DNA of 20,000 bases from an uncultured virus (IMG/VR IMGVR_UViG_3300043467_002020) (taxonomy: Duplodnaviria; Heunggongvirae; Uroviricota; Caudoviricetes), in the IMG/VR virus record IMGVR_UViG_3300043467_002020; one strand, 5' to 3'. A program made the position numbers and the translations under genes. Shown piece after piece: positions 1 to 7,275 of this stretch (within the stretch, counting starts at the first letter, position 1; every line of letters starts with the position of its first letter). The notes below the pieces were generated by a model. The model saw nothing but the letters and a program-made list of their open reading frames with translations, made no database searches and had not been told where the DNA came from.

Positions 1-1
1 T

Positions 2-805
2 CAATTTATTGTTGATGGGGGAAGCCTTTCTTCGGTTGACCCTTCAATCATGCCCAAGATACTCGCAAAAGCTGGAGTAGTACAAAGACAGAGATTAGCC
101 AACAACATTAGCGCTATATCCACCCCGTCAGAAAGTCTTTTTCTTTACGAAAAGCCATCCAAGTTTCAACATATTGCCGAAAGATTTGCATCAGATGTGC
201 AGCAGTCTCTTGGGCTGGAATCTCCAGACGTCGTCTTTGCATCAAAGCAGGGTGATTCACGTCAGTTTCTGCGTCAAGAGGTAACTGCGGCAATACCTGG
301 AGCCGTTTTCAATCCGGATGCGAAATTCAACGAGCTCGACCCTCAGGACGTGGCGGCAATGTTTGTGTCAGATTTCCTCACCGACCAGCGCGAACGTCCG
401 ATGACGTCTATATACACGCTAGATACCCCTGACGCTCGAAGGCTCGTACTGGGGCAAAACTCCACATCCGGATTAATAGACTTGTCTAAAATTGAAATTA
501 CGAATCGCATGAAAATGACGCTCAGCGAATTTTATAGTTCACAAGCAACTCCGGCATATTCCGATTATTACCAAGCACTAAAAGCCGAACAAAGATTGTT
601 GTTTATGAAATATCTAAACATCCTAATAAATAGAGCAAGGAAATTCAATCCTAAAAATTTCAACGACTCGATGAATCAATATGGTATTTCCGAAGGAGAA
701 AGAATACATATGAATATCATTGGGAAGCTATTCGAAGTACGCCTTGAAGGTTTGCAAAGTGGTAAAAACAGCCTAAAACTACTGTTCTCTGGAGGCAATG
801 TATGA
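2..805 (+). CDS. C-terminal part of a protein with a degenerate HipA/PI3K-like kinase domain (5' end outside window)
   Basis: The frame is open from base 2 (QFIVDGGSLSSVDPSIM...), so the ATG at 50 is probably internal. ERFASDVQQSLGLESPDV resembles the HipA-like E-x-x-A...LGL-x-x-P motif. DFLTDQRERPMTSI sits where D-x-L-x-x-N-x-DRH-x-x-N is expected. Confidence 0.45.
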   Translation, partial: QFIVDGGSLSSVDPSIMPKILAKAGVVQRQRLANNISAISTPSESLFLYEKPSKFQHIAERFASDVQQSLGLESPDVVFASKQGDSRQFLRQEVTAAIPGAVFNPDAKFNELDPQDVAAMFVSDFLTDQRERPMTSIYTLDTPDARRLVLGQNSTSGLIDLSKIEITNRMKMTLSEFYSSQATPAYSDYYQALKAEQRLLFMKYLNILINRARKFNPKNFNDSMNQYGISEGERIHMNIIGKLFEVRLEGLQSGKNSLKLLFSGGNV

Positions 806-1494
806 AAATTGGTTTCATAAAAGACGTATTTAGTGGAATGCCGCACGTTATGGCATCGATGGAAAATGAAGTTATTCACGTAAAATCGATTACTGAATTT
901 GGTAAATCAATTATTGAAGATTTTGATTTTGATGAAAAAAACATTGGTGCAAACGTGCCTGTTGGTTGCGTTTTTACTGGATTTTTTGCTGACAAAAATA
1001 ATCTCCAAGTGCCAGAAAAAGAAAACCAGGTTAAGCAAGAAAATTTTACATATGCCAGAAAATCAATAAATGACATATCGCATCGAAAAATTAATGCGAT
1101 TGGACTAGAAATGAATAAGTTCACAAACAGCACTAACAAAATTAATGCTATTGCATTCAAAGCTGAATCATTCAAGAATTCTGTGCGCAGGTCTAACTTC
1201 ATCCGAAGAATACATAGCGGGAAGATAATTTTTAACGAAAAAATGGGGCGGATTGAACTAAATCCAAAGTTTGCCTTTAGCAGTATCGAGAAAGAAGTTC
1301 TTAATTCTTCTTTCGGCAAGAGTTTCATTAGAAAATCAGCCGATAAAGAAATAATGCAAAGTAGCGATAAGCGTAGAGTCGCACGCAGGGCAAAGGTCCT
1401 TCTTGGGCTAGCAGGCGGAGAACGTTCTCCTGAAAAACAACAAATTTCAGAACGAATACAAAAAGCCCGCAGGCAGGTCAAAAATGGCAAGTAA
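802..1494 (+). CDS. Hypothetical phage protein (230 aa), basic C-terminus
   Basis: ATGA overlap with the upstream stop, GGAGG shortly upstream of the start, and overlap with the next gene. No recognisable motif. Confidence 0.7.
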   Translation: MKIGFIKDVFSGMPHVMASMENEVIHVKSITEFGKSIIEDFDFDEKNIGANVPVGCVFTGFFADKNNLQVPEKENQVKQENFTYARKSINDISHRKINAIGLEMNKFTNSTNKINAIAFKAESFKNSVRRSNFIRRIHSGKIIFNEKMGRIELNPKFAFSSIEKEVLNSSFGKSFIRKSADKEIMQSSDKRRVARRAKVLLGLAGGERSPEKQQISERIQKARRQVKNGK

Positions 1495-2146
1495 AAAAGA
1501 TTTGGTAAAAAAGGCTGACGCCCTGCGTCTAGCTAAAGATATTGGCTGTTCTGGTGCCCACAAGGACCGCAAAGGAAATTGGATACCTTGTGAATCAATA
1601 GAGGAACTAGAAAGAATATCCAATACTGCCGAAACATCAAAATGGCGAACCGTGGTTCCTGGTTCAAAATCATCAAAGGAACGTACCAAGGGGAAAAATA
1701 AACGCCGGCCTGACGGCTGGGAAAACCTAAGAGAAAAGCCAATCCGTGGCATTGAGTCACTCCCTGGCGTGGGGCTCGTTTCAGGCTCTTCATTTAATTC
1801 AAAATCACTTAACTGCTGTGGCACGAAAGGGGCCGGACCTGAATTCGTACGCGACAATGATGTCGATGTGTTCTTGGATGCAGACTCAGCGAGGGCTCGT
1901 TCCCGTCAAATCGGATGCATAGGTATTAGTAGGCGAATAAGCAAGTCTGGGCGCACGGTTTGGATGCCATGTACCAATATGAGCGATTATTCAAACAGGA
2001 CTGGTTCTACTGATTTAGGGCGCAGAAACATGCGGAATCGTCGCGAAGAAGAGACGCGACGTGCAGTAAGAACAGTTCTAAGAGAGACTTCTAAGCCAAA
2101 TGTAGCGAGAAAAAGTTCGCTAGCAAAAGAACTACGTATTAAATAA
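1484..2146 (+). CDS. Basic protein with two DUF3721-like (GCxG...W[IM]PC) domains
   Basis: Two internal repeats: ALRLAKDIGCSGAHKDRKGNWIPCES and ARARSRQIGCIGISRRISKSGRTVWMPCTN. WMPC is the recalled signature of DUF3721. Confidence 0.65.
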   Translation: MASKKDLVKKADALRLAKDIGCSGAHKDRKGNWIPCESIEELERISNTAETSKWRTVVPGSKSSKERTKGKNKRRPDGWENLREKPIRGIESLPGVGLVSGSSFNSKSLNCCGTKGAGPEFVRDNDVDVFLDADSARARSRQIGCIGISRRISKSGRTVWMPCTNMSDYSNRTGSTDLGRRNMRNRREEETRRAVRTVLRETSKPNVARKSSLAKELRIK

Positions 2147-2261
2147 TACTTCATCTATTTACGTACTTTAATTGCAAAATATTATTAGTTCCACTGGAGA
2201 GTGTAAATCATCTGTTATTTTTGATTATACATAGTGCTGGGTGCTGACCTAAGCCTAGATA

Positions 2262-2279
2262 AACAACAACAACAACAAC
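2262..2279 (+). repeat. (AAC)6 tract in the capsid gene leader
   Basis: Six perfect AAC units inside an A/C-rich stretch that runs up to the Shine-Dalgarno AGAGGAGA before ATG 2311. Confidence 0.85.
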
Positions 2280-2310
2280 CCAACACTCAATCTCAACAGA
2301 GGAGAAACAA

Positions 2311-3660
2311 ATGTCGCAAGACAATTCCCGTACCGAGGAGCTTCAATCAGCCCTCCGTCAGAAGATGGCAGACAACAAGACCATCGCTGACTCATTCAAG
2401 GTAGAAGACGGCACAGTAGTCGTCACTACGGAACAGAAGACCGCGTTCGACAAGAACATGCGAGACATCAAGGAAATCAAGTCGCTTCTTAGTGACCTTG
2501 ATACCATGAAGTCAGTCGACCAGTGGGGCTCACAGCCTGCAGGCGAATCAGCCGCAGCAATGTACGCTGCCGCTGCCGCAGACCTCAGTCACTTGTCTTC
2601 ACGTGAAATCAAGAGCATCGGTCAGCTATTTCTTGATTCTCCGGAATTCAAGGCACTCAATGGTGGTCGCAATGGCGCAAACATGGTTGCCCCATGGACC
2701 GTCGCTGCTTCACTGACGACCCAAGGAATGTACAACGTCAAGGATGTCTTCTCGGCAACCCCGACCGGCACCCCTGGTTCGTTTGGAACGATTCAGCGTG
2801 ACCCGATGGTGACCCCGCCGACCCGCACAAAGCGCGTTCGCGACTTGTTCCCGGCCCGTAAGACCAATGCTGCTGTTATCGAATACTTCCGTCAGTTGGG
2901 TTTCACGACCCTACAGACGGGCCATGGTACGAACAGCGCCTCATCGGTTGCTGAGCGAAATAGCGGCAACACCGCCTTTGGCCTCAAGCCACAGTCGTCG
3001 TTCGCCTTCGTTGGTGAGCAAGCCCCAATTCGCACACTCGCACACTGGGAAGCTGCACACCGCAACGTTCTGTCGGACGAGCCGCAATTGCGTTCAATCA
3101 TCGACAACGAACTCATGTACGGTCTCCGTCTCCTTGAGGATAATCAAATCCTCAATGGTGATGGCGTCGGCGAGAACTTGCTTGGTGTTTTGAATACCCC
3201 CAACATCCAGCAATACGCCTGGTCAGATGGAGAAAACTCCCCGGTCGCAGATACAAAGGCCGATGCACTTCGTCGCGCCGCAACTCTCTCGTTCCTTGCT
3301 TACTACGAGCCATCTGGCGTCGTACTGCACCCGAACGACTGGGAAGACATCGAATTGACCAAGGATGCCAATGGCCAGTACCTCATCGCAGTTTCGGTTG
3401 CAATGGGTGGCGAGCCACGCGTCTGGAGAATGCCGGTAATTGATACCCCAGCAATGACCGCTGGCAAGGCCCTTGTCGGAGCATTCGGTACAGGAGCACA
3501 GTTGTACGACCGCGAAGAGGCGAGCATTCGTATCTCTGAGCAGCACTCGGACTTCTTCATCCGTAACGCAATCGTGATTCTCGCCGAGCAGCGTTTAGCT
3601 CTCGCAGTGAAGCGTCCCGAAGCGTTCGTTGAGGTTACCTTCGACAACGAGCCAGCCTGA
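2311..3660 (+). CDS. Major capsid protein, HK97 family (449 aa)
   Basis: N-terminal coiled-coil delta-like domain. Typical HK97 motifs: RVRDLF, TLAHW, QILNGDG.GENLLG, VLHPNDWEDIELTKDANGQY, ILAEQRLALAVKRPEAFV. Strong SD and biased codon use. Confidence 0.95.
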   Translation: MSQDNSRTEELQSALRQKMADNKTIADSFKVEDGTVVVTTEQKTAFDKNMRDIKEIKSLLSDLDTMKSVDQWGSQPAGESAAAMYAAAAADLSHLSSREIKSIGQLFLDSPEFKALNGGRNGANMVAPWTVAASLTTQGMYNVKDVFSATPTGTPGSFGTIQRDPMVTPPTRTKRVRDLFPARKTNAAVIEYFRQLGFTTLQTGHGTNSASSVAERNSGNTAFGLKPQSSFAFVGEQAPIRTLAHWEAAHRNVLSDEPQLRSIIDNELMYGLRLLEDNQILNGDGVGENLLGVLNTPNIQQYAWSDGENSPVADTKADALRRAATLSFLAYYEPSGVVLHPNDWEDIELTKDANGQYLIAVSVAMGGEPRVWRMPVIDTPAMTAGKALVGAFGTGAQLYDREEASIRISEQHSDFFIRNAIVILAEQRLALAVKRPEAFVEVTFDNEPA

Positions 3661-3675
3661 TAACTTCTAGCTCTT

Positions 3676-3735
3676 AAGGGTTCCCCCCGGAAGTAGCCGC
3701 TTAAATGTGGTGAAACCGGGGGGTTTCCTTTATAT
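3676..3735 (+). terminator. Long GC-rich hairpin after the capsid gene, probable intrinsic terminator
   Basis: CCCCCCGG (3683-3690) pairs with CCGGGGGG (3716-3723) and is followed by TTTCCTTTATAT. AAGG (3676-3679) and CCTT (3727-3730) can extend the stem. Confidence 0.7.
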
Positions 3736-3764
3736 CGACACATTTATGTGGGAAGATTGTGTAT

Positions 3765-4580
3765 ATGACAAACCCTATTGACGAAACCCAGAAGCTTTAT
3801 GAAGAGCTACAGGCAATATCTGACCAAATTGAATCAGAAATAGTCCTTGAGCAAATTACCGAGCAATCCATAATCGAACTCAAGCGCCTTGAAATGCAAC
3901 CCATGTTCGACGAGTACTATGGTTCCTCTGTCTTCAGTAAGATGATTGAAAAGAGCGTCAGCAAGCCTGTCTATCGTGACCCTAAGGGTGGACTGACCGC
4001 AGCCGGACGAGCGTATTTCCGCAGAAAAGAAGGGGCCAACCTTAAGCCGGGGGTAATGGGTGCTGCGAATACCCCAGAGAAAATGAGAAGAAAAGGCTCC
4101 TTTCTAACTAGATTTTTTACGAACCCCTCTGGACCCATGAAAGATGAAAAGGGAAGAGCAACAAGACTCGCGTTGTCCGCTGCCGCATGGGGAGAGCCAG
4201 TGCCACAAAACGTGGATGATGCCAAAAAGCTCGCAGCTAAGGGACGCCGCATGCTCCAGCGTTATCAAAAAACAAAAGATAAAACAAAATCATATTCCGA
4301 GTTCGATATCTTCAACAAAAATGCGTCTGAAAATTACTACTCAAATCTTGATTCAGAAGAAATGAAAGGCGTTTGCCCAACAGGTGGGATTTTTGATTAT
4401 TCTGACATTGACGCAGACGGCGAACTGTCTCTCAGGATTGCGGCAAGACGTGAACTAGCGAGCTTGGTCCCATCCCTCAAGTCCTCTATGTCGTATATTC
4501 CGTCAGACGCAGACAAGGCCAAGAGAATTGCTAGTGCCTCAAAAATGATGCGAAAGCGGAGAAAGCAAAAAAATGGCTGA
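3765..4580 (+). CDS. DUF6321-like phage protein
   Basis: KGGLTAAGRAYFRRKEGANLKPGV...RRKGSFLTRF...GPMKDEKGRATRLALSAAAWG matches my recollection of this family. ATG 3765 is preferred over GTG 3759. Confidence 0.7.
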   Translation: MTNPIDETQKLYEELQAISDQIESEIVLEQITEQSIIELKRLEMQPMFDEYYGSSVFSKMIEKSVSKPVYRDPKGGLTAAGRAYFRRKEGANLKPGVMGAANTPEKMRRKGSFLTRFFTNPSGPMKDEKGRATRLALSAAAWGEPVPQNVDDAKKLAAKGRRMLQRYQKTKDKTKSYSEFDIFNKNASENYYSNLDSEEMKGVCPTGGIFDYSDIDADGELSLRIAARRELASLVPSLKSSMSYIPSDADKAKRIASASKMMRKRRKQKNG

Positions 4581-4971
4581 ACAATTTTGGTATGCAGCAA
4601 AAGTTATTAAGGTGGTTGATGGGGACACGCTTGATGTTCTCATTGACCTCGGCTTCAATATTCATCATAAGGTAAGAGTTCGGCTCTACGGACTCAACAC
4701 CCCCGAGTCAAGAACTAAGGATTTGGGAGAAAAAGAGATGGGACTAAAAGCCAAATCTTTCACTCAAGACTGGACCACTAGGCATCAAGTAGTTTTTCTT
4801 AAAACAATCGCAGGAAAAGATGACAAATACGGCAGAGTTCTTGCACAGATTTATTCAGACAAGGACATAAAGTCAGAAAAAACAGCTTGTCTCAACCTTG
4901 ACATTGTATCTGCGGGTTATGCTCGCGAATATTTTGGTGTGGGCGACAAGACATGGGAGGAATTCAAGTGA
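4573..4971 (+). CDS. Thermonuclease (staphylococcal nuclease family)
   Basis: VIKVVDGDTLDV, VRVRLYGLNTPES, DKYGRVLA and GYA motifs. No signal peptide. Confidence 0.92.
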   Translation: MAEQFWYAAKVIKVVDGDTLDVLIDLGFNIHHKVRVRLYGLNTPESRTKDLGEKEMGLKAKSFTQDWTTRHQVVFLKTIAGKDDKYGRVLAQIYSDKDIKSEKTACLNLDIVSAGYAREYFGVGDKTWEEFK

Positions 4972-5426
4972 GCGACAATACGTGGGCTTCTTATAATGGG
5001 CCAATCAAGGGTATTCGCATAGAGGAAAAAGCAGACGATTCCGCCAAATGCCCGACAGCAACAAAGGACATTTCTGTAAATCTTCAAAATCGTAAAAAGG
5101 CAATTGCCGTTGCTGATTATGGTCCACTTAATCCAGGAGAGGAAAATGAAGAGTTCTGGTCAAAGCTTGCCAATGAGTGGGAAGTAAGTGCTGAAGAGGC
5201 CAAAAAGCAAAAATGTGGTAACTGCTCCGTATTTATTGTTACCCCGCAAATGAAGTCATGCATACAGGGCGGGCTCGTTGGGGAAGAAAAAAAAGATGAA
5301 TGGGAAGCAATAGACAAAGCCGGCGAACTAGGCTACTGCGAAGCGTTTGATTTTAAGTGTGCATCCAAGAGAACTTGCCGCGCATGGGTTGCTGGCGGAC
5401 CGATAACTAGCGTCAAGCAAGACTGA
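4968..5426 (+). CDS. Cys-rich phage protein, possible metal or Fe-S binding
   Basis: GTG 4968 overlaps the upstream stop (GTGA) and has GGAGG at 4956-4960, so it is a better start than 4953. Motifs CPTAT, YGPLNP, CGNCSVF and GYCEAFDFKCASKRTCRAW. Confidence 0.75.
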   Translation: MSDNTWASYNGPIKGIRIEEKADDSAKCPTATKDISVNLQNRKKAIAVADYGPLNPGEENEEFWSKLANEWEVSAEEAKKQKCGNCSVFIVTPQMKSCIQGGLVGEEKKDEWEAIDKAGELGYCEAFDFKCASKRTCRAWVAGGPITSVKQD

Positions 5427-5461
5427 ATCGACCATGAACAATATAAGTAGAGGAAAATAAA

Positions 5462-6169
5462 ATGGCAGCACAAAAAGGTATTGGAGTTGTTTTTCATTGT
5501 TCAGACTGTGACCCCTATGAGGTGAGGTCTTACGGCTGGGGTGGTGAATGGCCAGGTTCGGACTGCGGTTATCACGCACTTACCGAAAACGCCAGAAGGT
5601 ACATTCACGCTCATCCCGAAGAGAACCACACGTTTGAAGACATGGTTGCCTTGGAGGTGGGAGACGAAGTATTACCAGTACTCATTGATTTGGGAAATCA
5701 AATACAATCAGGCTATGAAGTAGTAAAAGATGGCGTAGTAGACGCATACGAATGGTTGGATAAGAACGCCTGCAACATAGCGGTGACTGCAGCAATCTCG
5801 GCCGGGGTTGTTGCCTATTTTACGCCAGCACAGCCCGCAGGAGCGGCAACATCAACCTCTCTATCAATTATGGCACAGCCGCTTCTTTATGTTGCAGATA
5901 TGGCAACTAAGGCTGTAATAGTAACGGCAATGAGTGAAATCATAACGGAAGGATTTCTGCTAATACCATTCGTTAGCGAGAGCATTGACCACACACTATT
6001 GAAAAACATAATCTCAAACTGTTTAGCCAAAAGTTTAGATTCAGCAGCACTGTGGGCAACGCCAGCGGGTGTTGGCATTGCAATCGGAGCAGCGGTTGCG
6101 CCTGTTATTGCAGATTTGATATGTACAAAAACCTGTCCTGAGGGATTTACCAAAGCGTTTAACGGGTAA
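5462..6169 (+). CDS. Hypothetical protein (235 aa) with Ala/Gly-rich hydrophobic helices
   Basis: SD GAGGA upstream. N-terminal CSDC...DCGYH cluster. Hydrophobic runs IAVTAAISAGVVAYF and AGVGIAIGAAVAPVIA. Confidence 0.75.
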   Translation: MAAQKGIGVVFHCSDCDPYEVRSYGWGGEWPGSDCGYHALTENARRYIHAHPEENHTFEDMVALEVGDEVLPVLIDLGNQIQSGYEVVKDGVVDAYEWLDKNACNIAVTAAISAGVVAYFTPAQPAGAATSTSLSIMAQPLLYVADMATKAVIVTAMSEIITEGFLLIPFVSESIDHTLLKNIISNCLAKSLDSAALWATPAGVGIAIGAAVAPVIADLICTKTCPEGFTKAFNG

Positions 6170-6190
6170 AGAAGAATGCAGGACAAATAA

Positions 6191-6316
6191 GTGAAAAAGA
6201 AAATAACTAACGTCATAAACTGGATGGCAGCGATTGTTTCCACCATTGTCGTAGCAAGAATGGCTATCAAAATTAAAAAAGCAGCGGGTCACCCCAACCC
6301 TGAAATGTGGGAATGA
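6191..6316 (+). CDS. Small (41 aa) putative membrane protein, not in ORF track
   Basis: GTG start, MKKKITNVINWMAAIVSTIVVARMAIKIKKAAGHPNPEMWE*. One hydrophobic segment flanked by Lys, AGGA upstream. Fills the gap between convergent genes. Confidence 0.5.
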   Translation: MKKKITNVINWMAAIVSTIVVARMAIKIKKAAGHPNPEMWE

Positions 6317-6672
6317 ATTGTGTGCTCGGCGCACGAAACGTAACGCCTGCCAGATTCTTCCTCTTTGCGGGCGTATCCCTGTTCCCCACATCTTTCACAT
6401 ATAGTAAAAGAACTTTCTTCAATAGCAATAATCAATGAATTCACTTTCATGTAGCTATCCATGTCTGTGAGATTAAAATAAAACCGCAATCCACCCATCT
6501 TTTCTTTGACCTGTGCGATTGTGTAGTTTGGGTCTTGTGCGAATAAAATATCATCGCATTCCCTTATTAGGTTCGCCCAACCATACCCGCAGTCAATCGT
6601 TGCCGGTATCCCGTCAGCAAAACGGTCAAGGATGTTTTGAAAATCAGGGTCTGAGCCTATGTTGGTGTCCAT
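6289..6672 (-). CDS. Conserved phage hypothetical protein (QxKEKxGGLRFY family) with C-terminal zinc ribbon
   Basis: CGYGW, IAQVKEKMGGLRFY and TICERCG...C..H motifs. Confidence 0.8.
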   Translation of the reverse strand: MDTNIGSDPDFQNILDRFADGIPATIDCGYGWANLIRECDDILFAQDPNYTIAQVKEKMGGLRFYFNLTDMDSYMKVNSLIIAIEESSFTICERCGEQGYARKEEESGRRYVSCAEHTIHSHISGLG

Positions 6673-6678
6673 AATTAA

Positions 6679-6684
6679 ATCCTA
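6679..6684 (-). promoter_or_regulatory. Putative -10 element (TAGGAT), leaderless transcript
   Basis: TANNNT hexamer 6 nt upstream of ATG 6672. Confidence 0.45.
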
Positions 6685-6695
6685 TACTCACGTTG

Positions 6696-6768
6696 CGCGC
6701 CGGGCAGGATTCGAACCTGCAATCGACAGATTAGAAGTCTGTTGCCTTATCCCTTGGGCCACCGACGC
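6696..6768 (-). tRNA. tRNA-Arg(UCU), 73 nt, CCA not encoded
   Basis: Acceptor stem GCGTCGG/CCGGCGC, anticodon arm ACAGA-CT TCT AA-TCTGT, T arm GCAGG-TTCGAAT-CCTGC, discriminator G followed by CAA. Confidence 0.95.
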
Positions 6769-7271
6769 TAGGGGTTTTGCTTGTTCTTTCTAGCATGATA
6801 CAGATTTCTTTGCCGTTCATTTTGCTTCTCTTTGTTTTTTAGACGGTACTCGCGCTTGCATTCTTTACAAACTCTGTATTCTTTACCAATTTGTCTGCCT
6901 TGCTTCTTTACATAGACAAGAGGTTCAAACTCTTCAAAAGAGTGACCCTTCTTGCAGCCATCTTTCTTCCTATTAGAAGTTCCTTGTCTGTTTTTGTTAA
7001 ACATGTCCCTTGAGTTGGCAGAATAGGTGTCGGCCCACAGGTGCTCTGGATTGACACATGCCGGAACATCGCAGGTATGACAGATTATTAAACCATCAGG
7101 GATTTCACCCTTATGGATGATATAAGAATAATGGTGGGCCGAGGTTGTCTTGCGGTTTACCGCGAAAGAACCATACCCGCGAGAGTTTGGCGCTCCAGTC
7201 CATAACCAACAGGAATCAGTCTTGTTTACCTTTTGGAAAAAACGTTCTTCGAGGGACATGTTTTTAGGCAT
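6768..7271 (-). CDS. Free-standing HNH endonuclease (HNH_3-like) with C-terminal zinc ribbon
   Basis: RFFQKV...CWLWTG...GYG...AHHYSY...GEIPDGLIICHTCDVPACVNPEHL...N..D, then CKKGH...RVCKEC. Confidence 0.92.
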   Translation of the reverse strand: MPKNMSLEERFFQKVNKTDSCWLWTGAPNSRGYGSFAVNRKTTSAHHYSYIIHKGEIPDGLIICHTCDVPACVNPEHLWADTYSANSRDMFNKNRQGTSNRKKDGCKKGHSFEEFEPLVYVKKQGRQIGKEYRVCKECKREYRLKNKEKQNERQRNLYHARKNKQNP

Positions 7272-7275
7272 GTGA

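Noticed and set aside
876..1857. Antisense ORFs of 204 and 136 aa
   Set aside because: They lie opposite translationally coupled plus-strand genes and have no recognisable motifs.
2867..3743. Alternative-frame and antisense ORFs within the capsid gene
   Set aside because: Expected by-products of biased codon usage, with no supporting signals.
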